A stretch of 63,081 nt of DNA, filler included, from Reclinomonas americana ATCC 50394 (Eukaryota), in the NCBI GenBank assembly GCA_048213135.1. It is 7 parts of 3 records of this genome, joined end to end, with 100 filler letters (N's around TTAATTAATTAA, not from the genome) between each part and the next. Parts side by side here need not be neighbours in the genome. Positions count along the whole stretch, not along the records: positions 18,493 to 25,251 come from PS015424.1; positions 25,352 to 34,802 come from PS015425.1; positions 34,903 to 44,290 come from PS015425.1; 4 more parts are not named here. One strand, written 5' to 3'. Below the pieces are notes generated by a model, which saw only the letters and a list, made by a program, of their open reading frames with translations, ran no database searches and was not told the origin of the DNA. Position 1 is the first letter of the stretch. Every line of letters starts with the position of its first letter. A program made the translations under genes and the position numbers. Positions 18,922 to 40,247 of the stretch are shown here, piece by piece.

Positions 18922-21482
18922 GCCGCCGATTACCAAGCGCTGATGGACCGCAACTGGCGACGCAGGTACGCGCCCACCCATCGCGCCTCTTTCTCCTTTA
19001 CGCGCTCACTCTCTCTCACTCTCTCTCCTCCTCTCCTCTCCTCTCCTCTCCTCTCCTCTCCTCTCCTCTCCTCTCCTCTCCTCTCCTCTCCTCTCCTCTC
19101 CTCTCTNNNNNNNNNNNNNNNNNNNNNNNNNNNNNNNNNNNNNNNNNNNNNNNNNNNNNNNNNNNNNNNNNNNNNNNNNNNNNNNNNNNNNNNNNNNNNN
19201 NNNNNNNNNNNNNNNNNNNNNNNNNNNNNNNNNNNNNNNNNNNNNNNNNNNNNNNNNNNNNNNNNNNNNNNNNNNNNNNNNNNNNNNNNNNNNNNNNNNN
19301 NNNNNNNNNNNNNNNNNNNNNNNNNNNNNNNNNNNNNNNNNNNNNNNNNNNNNNNNNNNNNNNNNNNNNNNNNNNNNNNNNNNNNNNNNNNNNNNNNNNN
19401 NNNNNNNNNNNNNNNNNNNNNNNNNNNNNNNNNNNNNNNNNNNNNNNNNNNNNNNNNNNNNNNNNNNNNNNNNNNNNNNNNNNNNNNNNNNNNNNNNNNN
19501 NNNNNNNNAGCGTATGTGCGTCAACTCGATGCGCAATCGCTGGCAGCGGCAATCGCCGCTCGCGTGCAATACCCGGCGGCGGTGCGTGTCACACGAAGCC
19601 TGAAAGTGGACATTGGTGACGACCAGCTCACCCCTTGACCATTCACACACAGACGTTGGTGGCTGACTCGGGCTTCCTGCTGGCCACCTTTGTCGACGAG
19701 GAGAATCGCGCGGCGGTGGAATCGGCGGCGGCCGACTGGCGTCTCTCGCTTCCCGCCGACATGGAGGCCGATGTGCCGCCGGTGGCGGCGGCGGCGGCGG
19801 CGGCGGCGAATCGCAGCTGCGGTCGACCGCACGAGTTCACAATGACGGTGGAGCGGTCGGAGTGCACGACGGAGATTTTCGCGCTGTTTGACCGCTACCA
19901 GGTGGCCGTGCATCACGATGAGCCCGGTAAGAACTCGGTGAAGGGGTTCTCCAGGTTCCTGTGCACCAGCCCGATTGCAGTTGCGATATTTGGGGAAGGC
20001 GGAGAAGGGAGACGGGAGAGGGGAGGGGAGAGCGGAGGGAAGAGGGGAAGGAGTTGTTGCTGCCAAGAGCGGCCAGGCTTGTCGTCGGCCATTCCCGTCG
20101 CATGGAGTTGTTTTTTGTTGCGATGCTGGAGGAGGTGGTTGTTGCCATTCCACACGCGCTGTCACGAAGCGAAGAGAGAGGGGAGGAGTGAGAGAAATAC
20201 AGGTTGTTGTTCTTGAGTGGAGGATGATTAGGAGGACAGGAGGCCTTTAGAAAGCGTCTTTGTTGTTTGCCGTTTCATACGATCTGTGAGTCACGAAACG
20301 AAGAGTAAGGGAGAGAATTGGTGTTGGGAATGAGAGATCTCTTCCTTCTTTTGCTCTCCTCTTGCTCACTGGTTACTTTTTGTTGCCGTTTATACATGCT
20401 GTGAAGAGAAAGGGAGAGAGATGGTGTTGGAAATGAGAGAGAGATCCCTTCTTTTGCTCTCTGTCTGCCTCTCTCTTATGTGACTTCCTGTTCCTCACTC
20501 TTCCATGCATTCCCACCTCCATCTCTATTGTTCTTGTACCGAGGGGGCAGTGGTGAAAGTGAGTCATGCAAGTCTAACCTTTCTCAATTCGCGCTACAGA
20601 CGACTCCCGGACCGCTGCAGGGCTACGGCTCGTTCCACATTCACTATCGGTGAGTCTTCATCTTCTCCTTTCCCTCTCTCTTTCTCTATCTCCCTCTCCT
20701 CCTCCTCCTCTCCTCCTCCTCCTCTCCTTCTCCCTCTCTCTCGCTCCTCCTTTTCCTTTTGTCCCCTGACGCCCTGCATCCTCCCCAGTATCGATGGACA
20801 CCTGTTCGCCGTCAGCGTGGTCGACGTGCTACCGAAGAGCCTGAGCTCGGTGTACGTGTTCTACGATCCGGACTACAGCTTCCTGTACCCGGGCGTGCTG
20901 ACCGCCATCAAGGAGCTGGAGTTGTTGAAGGGCGCGGGTGGTCCGGGAACCGAGTTTCCGCATTTCGAGTACTACTACATGGGTTTGTTGGCGTGTGCGA
21001 ACCGCCGTGTATTTCTGCTGGCGACTGACCGCAGAGGCGAGCACAGGATTCTACGTGCACCGGTGTCCCAAGATGCGCTACAAGGCCGACTACGCCCCGT
21101 GTGAGCTCATGTGCTGGGAGACGCGGCAGTGGATTCCGTTTGAGCAGTGCGTGACTCGGCTCGACGCCAATCCCAATGCACGGTTCGCTCCGGCCGGCGT
21201 CGAAGCAGCGGTGGAGGTGCTGCCAAAGGCGTCGGAGTTGGTGGCGTTCCTGGAGGGATCGGTGACGCCGCTGGCGGTGAGTGAAGGGAGGGTGAGGGTG
21301 AGGGAGAGGGAGAGGGTGTGAGAGAGACTCAACTTTTGCATGTGCAGATGATTATCACCATCATGGGCGCGCTGGGAGTGCTGATCGAGTCCGACGTGGA
21401 AGAGTACGGCAAGGCAGTGGGAGCGGAGGTGGCGAGGCGTGCGATCTATTATGTGCATTTACAGAAGTTCTTGGAGCAGTGA
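18922..21482 (+). CDS. ATE1: Arginyl-tRNA--protein transferase (5' partial)
   Basis: DYQALMDRNWRRS, LFDRYQVAVHHD, FSRFLCTSPI, GYGSFHIHYRIDG.LFAVSVVDVLP..LSSVY.FYDPDY, YYYMGFYVHRCPKMRYKADY.P; TGA at 21480-21482. Confidence 0.95.
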
Positions 21483-21893
21483 AACAAACTGGAAGCAGAT
21501 TGCAGGAGGGACGAGGGTGGAGATACGACAGCAACGACAACTTGAAGCAACACAGATGCTGGCGTTTCTCCAAGAGAAACCACGACTCGTGCCAAGCATG
21601 GATTTGACGCCGAGAATGCAGATAGCAAGTGGTGTTGGTATAACGAAGTATCAATCGCGAACGTCACAGAAACCGAACACGCTGGTTTCACATCTCTTCT
21701 GCGGCTGCTACTGCGGTCCGGATGGGAGACGCAAGAGATGATTGTGCCTGATATGCATTTCGCTTTGCATTGCCATGCAAAGCCGGCCATGATTGTGGTG
21801 TCCGTTTGTCATGCATTGAACGTCGCGTCCGTTTCGAAACCTTTCAGTGAGGAGTGAGAGAGAGGAGAGTGGAGAGAGTGTGTGTCTGTGACA

Positions 21894-25251
<3,358 letters not shown>

Positions 25252-25351
25252 NNNNNNNNNNNNNNNNNNNNNNNNNNNNNNNNNNNNNNNNNNNNTTAAT
25301 TAATTAANNNNNNNNNNNNNNNNNNNNNNNNNNNNNNNNNNNNNNNNNNNN

Positions 25352-25437
<86 letters not shown>

Positions 25438-25492
25438 CCTCCCTCCTTCCCTCCTCCTCCTCCTCTCTCTCTCTCTCCCTCTCTCTCTCTCA

Positions 25493-25968
25493 CCCCTCCA
25501 CTCCATCATGACTCACCGCAACCGACGACGACGACGACGACGACCCAGTCACCACCGGAGGCACAGCAGCAGAAGCAGAAGCAGGAGGCCTTCTCTGCTC
25601 CTGCTGCTCGTGTCGTTGCCTCATGGCGCGCAACCGCTCCGCATACTCACTCCGCACAACTGACGATGATGACGCATCAACACTCGGCACTGCTGCTGGT
25701 TGCGCTGGTGAAGAAGGCGCAGCAGAGGGAGGAGGAGGTGCTTGTGCTGTTGTGGGCGGGCGTGTGGGTGCTGGTGGTGGTGATGATGGTGGGGATGGCG
25801 ACACGGGGTCCACCACTTCGCCGACTGTCTCTGTTGGAGTGTGCGTGTGGATGTGGATGTGAAGGGAAGAGAGAAAGAGAGAGAGAGTGTGTGTGTGTGT
25901 GAGTATGTCAGTTTTCTGGCAAAGACCGTGAGTGTGTGGTTTGTGTGCGCAACGCAACTCTCTCGCAT
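25493..25968 (-). CDS. Pro/Ser-rich hypothetical protein, 5' exons only
   Basis: Exon ~25831-25494 (TVGEVVDPVSPSPP...EYAERLRAMRQRHEQQEQ) lies between a CAG acceptor and a GTGAG donor. Possible ATG mini-exon at 25968. Confidence 0.45.
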
Positions 25969-26299
25969 GGGGCGTGTGCGTGTGTGTGCGAGAGAAGAAG
26001 TAGAAGAAGAGAGACAGCGAGGTGTGTGACGGAGTGAGAGTGTGAGTGTGAACTGTAGACCATCTGTAAAGTCGGTTTCATACCACTACGTACATAAACT
26101 GCACACTTGTTCTTTCATTCACTTATCACAATATTTTTGTGACAGACAAAGAAAAAGGAAGAGAGGCACTACCATCAACAGTCAGCAGAGCAAGCTTGCT
26201 TCATGCGATGTGTCCACCACCTCCACCACCACACAAGCGCGCATAGGTTGAATCCAAACGAAATGAAAAGGCACTCATGCGCCTAGGCCTGCAGTGACA

Positions 26300-28582
26300 T
26301 TACTGACTGTTGATGTCCTCCGAGAACATATCCTGCACCTCCATCGCGGTGTAGTTGGCGCTCGGCGAGCCGAACAGGTGATAGGTGGCCTTCAGACCGA
26401 CCAGCGTGCTGCAATTGTAATCACAGTGTGAGGTTGTGCATGTACACACGATAACACGACTGGAATGGAATGGTACTCACGCTCGCAGATCCTGCTGCAC
26501 CACACCGCCAGTGAACTGGCTGCGGAGGAGGGCAATCAGGAAGTCGGCGCTGGCCGAATTCAGAGAGTTGACCAGGGGGTTGGCGAACGAAGTGGTCACC
26601 GTGTAGATCTGCACGCAAACAGCAATCAGCAAGTGCACAGTAACAAACAACAACAACAATTCTTTCCCCAACAAACGAGCAACAGCTGTGAATTCGAAGT
26701 TCAACCATAACCAAATCATCTCTCTCTCTCGTCTTCACCCTGTTCCCCCTCAACGCAACTGGGTTGATCTTATCATTGAAGGTCATGGTGACGGTCCAAC
26801 GAAGAGAGTTCTTCTCGGCGACCGTCAACTGCGCGACATTGGCCGACGGATAGTAAATGTCGAACATGATGGCGCTCGTGGTGGACAGCGACAAGTTGAT
26901 GCGGACCGAGGCCGGTGCCGCCAGCTCTGTGCACAGGCGAAGAAGCGGAGTGAGTGAGTTGCAAGACTCCTCGGAAGCACAGCGCACTGATGAGAAGGCA
27001 CTCAACGAGGCAGCTGTCCCATGGGAATGTAAGCAGTGCCGATATCGATAGGGTTCGTGCTTGCGTTGTTCATAATTTGCACCTGACAAGGGACGCAGTG
27101 AGAAGCCTGACATAACCACAAGTGACACTGCCCCCCCTCCGCACCATGACAAACGGAATCTTCTGTACGGCCGACGACGGCTGGAAGAAGAACTCGGTGT
27201 AGTTGACGCCGACGGGTCCGACGCTCGAAGAGTAGTTGATAGTCTTGCACGAGTTGGTGTCGGACGGGAGGCACGGTCCCGGAGGGAGATATGGGTCCGG
27301 CGGAATGAGCGAGAAGGCAATGTTGTACTTGAGATCAGTGCCCACTGGTGGCGTCCAGCTGACCTTGATGCGCGAAGCACCGTTGCTGTTGACAGAAATG
27401 GCTGTGTACGTGCATGGGGGTGTAAGAGTGCGCCAAGCACTTGCATGCGATGTTTGATGCGACGAAACTGATGAAGCGGCATGGATCCGGAGGGAAGAGG
27501 AAGCCGGTGGGAGTCGAGAAGCACAGCTTGTACTGGCCCACCGTCGACGATTGCAGCTGCGCAACAGGGTGAGCATCCAAGCCACCACTGCATACAAGTG
27601 CAGTTGTAAACAAACCCGAATGACAGCCACTCCATTGTCGGCACTGACCATGCTGGTCGTGATCGTGGTCACCGGCGGTGACGAGCAATCGCCACTCAGC
27701 GGGTGCAGCGACGGCACAAAGTCGGGGCAGCTCTGGTTGTAGCAGCTGGTGTTGGAGCGGTAGAAGACGTTGCCCTTCAGCTGCGCCGTCAGGTAGTAGC
27801 CGACAGGGAAGAATGAAATCGGTCCGTTCGGGTTGCCGCCAGTGAACGGCACGTTGGTGCTCTCGATGGCCACAGCACCGCCGACCGACGCTGGATACAG
27901 AGTGAGCCAAGGTACATGTTACACGTCTTGTGTGTATGTGTGTGGTGGGTGTGTGTATCTCACCGGTGACAATGGTGTACTTGGCAATTGGCACAGCCGG
28001 CACCGTCTTGCCAGCGGCGCGGTAGCAGATGGAGAACTGCGTGCCGGCAGGTGCAAGGCTGTCCGTGACGATGGCGATGCGCGCAGTGGTGAAGCCAGCG
28101 TAGACGACCTCCAGGTGAGCGCTGATGCCGGGGACGTCAGGTGCCGGCGTGCAAGCCGCCAGACGGTCGGGGTCCGACTGGTACGATCCGTCGGCAAACG
28201 GGTCGCCGGAGAGTGGGTTGCTGGCGAATGTGGTGCCAACGAACCAGGCGTCAGCAGTGTTGAGGCCGACGCCAGTGAACCTGTGGTGTGAGCGAAGGAT
28301 GAGCATTTTCTGCCTCGATGTGGGGAAGGAGCGAAGAACAACAACAACAACGCAACAGGTAGGAGACGAGGAAGTTGTAGGGCACCGAATCGACGCCCGG
28401 CGGAGGCACGGGCAGGGGCGATGCTTGCGCTGATATGTAGAAAGAGGGAGTAGGAGAGTACGAGTGAGTGCAAGAGTGTCGGCTAGCCTGTTTGTGTGTT
28501 GCGCGCTCGCACCTTGCGCAGCCAGTATCGTGGCCAGCAGCAGTGTGGAGAGCACCACGTACACAGTGGAGGACGCACGCAT
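26300..28582 (-). CDS. Secreted orphan protein, copy 1 (10 exons)
   Basis: Signal peptide MRASSTVYVVLSTLLLATILAAQ; nine GT-AG introns give an uninterrupted frame to TAA at 26302-26300; paralog directly upstream. Confidence 0.85.
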
Positions 28583-29795
28583 GGCGTTGTTGTTGTTGTT
28601 GTTGAAGATGATTTGGGGGTTGCCTGTTCTCCCGAGGCAAGTGCGAAAACTGTGATATGATATTCGCCTCTCACTCGAGGAAAGATACTGTCCGGTGGTG
28701 GTGATGATCGTCATCAAGTTCGGTGTCCGGAAATGCGTTCGCGACCTTCATGATGACCAACCGCTGCGAGGGAGAGGAAAGCGGAAATGCAAACCAGTAC
28801 AGAGATGCCAGCGGTGTGCTGCATGCCGCGCAGATGAAGGCGCGCTCAAACGGAAAGAAGAGATCGGAATCTGGAATGCTAGCTATAGATGCGAAACAAG
28901 CAATCATGTGATGGAACGAGCAGGCAATGTCGCAGCGCGCTAGCGGGTCACACAACAATGCAATGCAGTAAAGTGATCAAATGCATGTGGTGGCATTCGA
29001 TGCGCTTCGATATCCTGGTTGAACAAGAGAACAGTTTTTATTGGCGGATTCTGGATTCCAAATTCGGCATACAAGAAAATCTGCATGCAAAGTGTCGACG
29101 TGTCTGCATCGTCCAGTGAGACATGGTGGAGGGGAATGATGAGGGTTCAGAGACAATCTTTCACCAATAAACGAGCAACAGCAGTTGCTTTGATGACGGA
29201 AAACCATATGTCTAAAACTTCTTCGATATCTCACTTCTGTTTCTCTTTCTTTCTTTCTCTCTGTCTCTCTCTCTCTCCGTTTCTCTCTCTCTCTCTGCAA
29301 TTCTTCATGTTGCTTGCGCAGCGCTTCCCACTGCGAGTCCATGACCTCTTGCAGTGCAACGTGTCTGCACACGTTTTATCACTCTCTCGATGGGGTGACT
29401 CGGCTGTCATGGGGTACGAGGGGCCTGGCCGGCGCATGTGTGCTGGTAATCCGTTTCTCATCCTCTTCTTCTTCTCCTTCTGCATCCGCACTTCATTCTT
29501 ATCATTTCGTCTCTCTCTCTCACTCTTTCTCTCTCTTCCAATCTTTTCTCCTCCTCCATCGTTGCCTCATTCTTCTTCTCCTTCTAGCAGTCGTGCGATC
29601 TCAGTCTTGAGTGCTTCCACCAATGTTCTCTTGGAGAATCACCACAGCAGTGATGAGTCGACCATCGCCACACAGAAGCACACTGGAGAGTCCACGTTCA
29701 CTGACTTGACGCACGAGAAGAACGCCTGTGATCTCTGCGCCAACAAGCTCCGAGTGCTTGGGAGGGAAGGAAGAAAAAACAAGAAAAGAGGAAGG

Positions 29796-32095
29796 TCACT
29801 GCTTCTCGACTGCGTCGCTGAACAACTCCTTCACTGCCATCGCAGTGTAGTTGGCACTCGGCGCGCCAAAGAGCTGGTACACGCCCTTGAGACCAATCAG
29901 CGTGCTGTGTTGACAATGCAGCAATCAGTGCCAGGCCCTCTCTCGTACAGCCAACAGAGCAGTTACTCACGATCGCAAGTCCTGCGGCACCACACCGCCA
30001 GTGAACTGCGTGCGCAGGAGGCCAATCAGGAAGTGCGCATCGGCCGAGTTGGTGTAATCGATGGCGGGGTTGGCAAATGCGGCCGACACGGAGTACACCT
30101 GTGAGAAGAGGGTGATACATGAATTTAGTGAGGAGAGCTAGCTTCACAAACATGCACACCCTTGCTTATCTTTGACGATCTCTCTCTCTCCCGTTCACCA
30201 CGCAACTGGGTTAATCATGTCGTTGAAAGTCATGGTGACCATCCAGCGCAGCGAGTTCTTCTCCGCCTTGGACAGCTGTGTTTTCGGGTAGTAAATGTCG
30301 AACATGATGGTGTCCATGTCGGAGAGCGTCAAGTTGATGCGGACCGAGGCCGGTGCGAGCAGCTCTGTGCACAGTTGGCATGTGAGTCGCAGGACGTGGC
30401 AGACTGTCGAGACAAGGCACTCAACGTGGCATCTTGCCCATGGGAATGTAAGCAGTGCCAATGTCGGTGGGATTCGAGCTAGCGTTGTTCATGATTTGCA
30501 CCTATGCACACATATTCGCTGTGAGAAGACTGACACAAAAATACGGCGTGAGAAACCACCCTCCCTCACCATGACGAACGGAATTGATTGCGTGGCCGAC
30601 GACGGCTGAATGAAGAACTCGGTGTAGTTGACGCCCACGGGTCCGACACTCGTGGAGTAGTTGACAGTGCGGCACGAGTTGGTGTCGGACGGAATGCATG
30701 GTCCGGGGGGAAGATCGAGGCACGGTCCCGGGGGCAGGCATGGATCCGGCGGGAGGTAGGGGTCCGGCGGGAAGAGTGAGAAGGCAATGTTGTACTTCAG
30801 ATCAGTGCCCACTGGCGGTGTCCAACCGACCTTGATACGCGAAGCACCAAGAGTGATGACCGACATGCCTGCATGAGAGAGTGAGCCGGGTGAGAGAGAA
30901 AAGAGAAGAGAGAGAGAGAAAGGCAACAGGCAACAAAGAAAGGTAATCACACGCAACTGACAAAGCGGCATGGACCCGGAGGGAACAGGAAGCCGGTGGG
31001 AGTCGAGAAGCACAGCTTGTACTGGCCCACTGTCGACGATTGCAGCTGCACAACACAGGGTGAGCATCCATGCCACCATTGCATACAAGTGCCACGCGCA
31101 GTTGTAGACAAACCCGAATGACAGCCACTCCATTGTCGGCGCTGACCATGCTGGTCGCCACCGTGGTCACCGGCGGCGACGAGCAATCGCCACTCAGCGG
31201 GTGCAGCGACGGCACAAAGTCGGGGCAGCTCTGGTTGTAGCAGCTGGTGTTGGCGCGGTAGAACACGTTGCCCTTCAGCTGCGCCGTCAGGTAGTAGCCG
31301 ACAGGGAAGAATGAAATCGGTCCGTTCGGGTTGCCGGCAGTGAACGACACGTTGGTGCTCTCGATGGCCACGGCATCGCCGACCGAGGCTGGATACAGAG
31401 TGAGCCAACGCACGTGCATATATTACAGTCTGCTGTGTGGTGTGTGTATGTGCGTGCGTGTGTGTGCGTATTAGTTTGTGTGTATGTGTGGTGGTTAGTT
31501 TCTCTCACCGGTGACAATGGTGTACTTGGCAATCGGCACAGCCGGCACCGTCCTGCCAGCGGCGCGGTAGCAGATGGAGAACTGTGTGCCGGCAGGCGCC
31601 AGGCTGTTGGTGATGATGGCGACGCGCGCAGTCGTAAAGCTGGCGTAGACGACTTCCAGGTGAGCGCTGATGCCGGGGACGTCAGGTGCCGGCGTGCAAG
31701 CCGCCAGACGGTCGGGGTCCGACTGGTACGATCCGTCGGCAAACGGGTCGCCGGAGAGTGGGCTGCTGGCGAATGTGGTGCCGACGAACCAGGCGTCAGC
31801 GGTGTTCAGGCCGACGCCAGTGAACCTGTGGTGTGAGCGAAGGATGAGCATTTCTTGTCAGGAAGTGGGGAAGGAGAAAAGCACAACAACGCAACAGGTA
31901 GGAGACGAGGAAGTTGTAGGGCACCGAATCGACGCCCGGCGGAGGCACGGGCAGGGGCGACGCTTGAGCTACAGGAGAAAGCGCACTGAGGATACACGGG
32001 TAAACAGAAATTGTATGCAATCCTGACATACCGTGCGCAACAAGCGCGGCCAACACGACAAGTGCAACGAGCACAGTCGACAGCGACTTGCTCAT
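29796..32095 (-). CDS. Secreted orphan protein, copy 2 (10 exons)
   Basis: Signal peptide MSKSLSTVLVALVVLAALVAH; same intron positions as copy 1; extra PPDPC/PPGPC units; TGA at 29798-29796. Confidence 0.85.
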
Positions 32096-32550
32096 CCTAC
32101 GCAGAAAAAGCTGGTTGTCTTCGCTCTCACAGACAACAAAGAAAAAGGTGTTGCACGAATGAACACGGATGATGCGAGAGGTTTTCACGAGTCGAACAAC
32201 TTGGGTCGAACAATGTCATCAACAGATATCGAACAGAAACAGGATTGCACCGCGGGAGGAGTCAGGGTCGATTGGCTACGCTTCACACGCATGCGGGCAA
32301 GAGGAAGTGAGAGGAAGAGCGCCGAGAACGAGACAATGGACAGAAAAATGTAAATACGGTTGATGACTAACCGACACAGGGGGGCGGGGATCAGGGCAGG
32401 GAGATCAAAAGCAATGAAATCAAAGAGAGAGAGAGAGAATGAGAAAGAAAAAGCAGAGGGAGAGAGAGAAAGCAGACGTAAAAAATCAGACCAAATATTC
32501 GCAGCTACATCAGTCACCATAAGAAGGAGAGAAGGGCAGAGGCAGAAGAA

Positions 32551-32598
<48 letters not shown>

Positions 32599-32930
32599 AA
32601 GAGGCAGAAGAAGCAGAGCACAAGAGAAAGAGAAGAGGAGGCAGAGGAAGCAGAGGGAGGGAGAGAGAAAGCACCGGAAAAAGTCAGACCAAAGATTCGC
32701 AGCCACATCATGGACCAGAAGAAACAAAGCAAAGAAAGCAGGGAGAGAGAGCGTGAGAAAGAAAGCAAAGAAAGCAGAGAGAGAGAGAGAGAGAGAGCGA
32801 GAACAGACGAAAACTATCAGACCAAAGATTCGCAGCTACAGCATTCACCGTTTCCTCACACAACTTTCACTACCCAAACAAACAGCAGGCACGGCACGCA
32901 ACACACACACACACACCACATGCATGTCTC

Positions 32931-37167
<4,237 letters not shown>

Positions 37168-38169
37168 GAGGAGAACGCGCGCGCGCAACACAAAACGAAA
37201 GGAAATAACAAGTCCCATCGTCCCATGAACATAAAGTGTGCCATTCTTGTCGCCCAATCAACTGTGCAGCGAACAGAAGCACGCGATGTGCGTTGGCATT
37301 GCGCCGCACGACGTGCAATAGATGAGCAGCTATCATGAAATCGAATTCTGACCATGGGTCTTATTTGCTGTTTTCTGACCCTTCCTGAGCTCTCTCTACG
37401 TGCTTGCCATGATCAGGCAGCTGTGGCGCTGATTGGAGACGGGAGATTACCAGAATTGCTGTGCAGGCTGATATGCTCGAGATATCGCGATTGACGTCGA
37501 CGTCGAAAAGTTCGGCAATTGCGAGACTCTCACTGCGTCGAACGCGCAGCCAGCGCAGACTAAGAAGTATGCAGACTCAGGCATGCAGCTTCTCTTTCCG
37601 GATACGAAGGGCAGAGCCGACAAACTACTCTTGCAGCTGCAATATTGGCCACCGATATCGAATTGCACAGGCAGCACTTGCCACTTTGCCGTGAGACCTT
37701 GGCACACCAACAATATGCAAAGCACACACAGTTATCCTTCTCCAACAGTCATCTTCCCTTTCAGGAGGCAAAGCCAATCAATTGCAAACGCGCGCGTGTT
37801 GGCCTCGAGAGGATTTCGTGGCGCAAGTAGTGTCAGCGGCCTACGTAGACGCTGAACTCATTGAAACTGGGTGTGCGCATGCTGCAGTAGCGACGCGATG
37901 GTTCTAGGTTCCCTGAGGCTGCGGTGCAGCTGCTACGGGTGGCCATGGGAGATTGTTTGCCTGCAGCTGAAGTCGATTTTCATGGCTGGGTCCGGAAATA
38001 CCCGGGCCCTGCGCATGCGAGGTCTGCAGCTGAACACCATACGGTAGTTCTGGACCAGTCTCCTCATAATACTCTGTAACAAGCCCCAGGTTGTACCAAG
38101 CAGGCGTCCCACAGACCTTTCCCATCACACACACACACACACATTCACACATTTACACCTGGAAGAGAG

Positions 38170-40099
<1,930 letters not shown>

Positions 40100-40247
40100 T
40101 CGAAAGCAAGTAGCGATAGTTTTTTTCCCATGCTCTCTCTCCTTTTCCTCGGCTCCCCACGTCGAGAGTAACCAACCCCTCCCAAACAAGACACTCAATA
40201 ATACATTTCTATTACAACCTATTGTTTTCTTAGTTAGTTGGGCTGGC

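Noticed and set aside
28671..29650. Gene or pseudogene between the secreted paralogs (coiled-coil-like fragments)
   Set aside because: Could not build a consistent exon chain; stops and GA repeats dominate.
37860..38120. ncRNA or small ORF upstream of CDA
   Set aside because: No recognisable snRNA, snoRNA or tRNA motif and no homology I can support.
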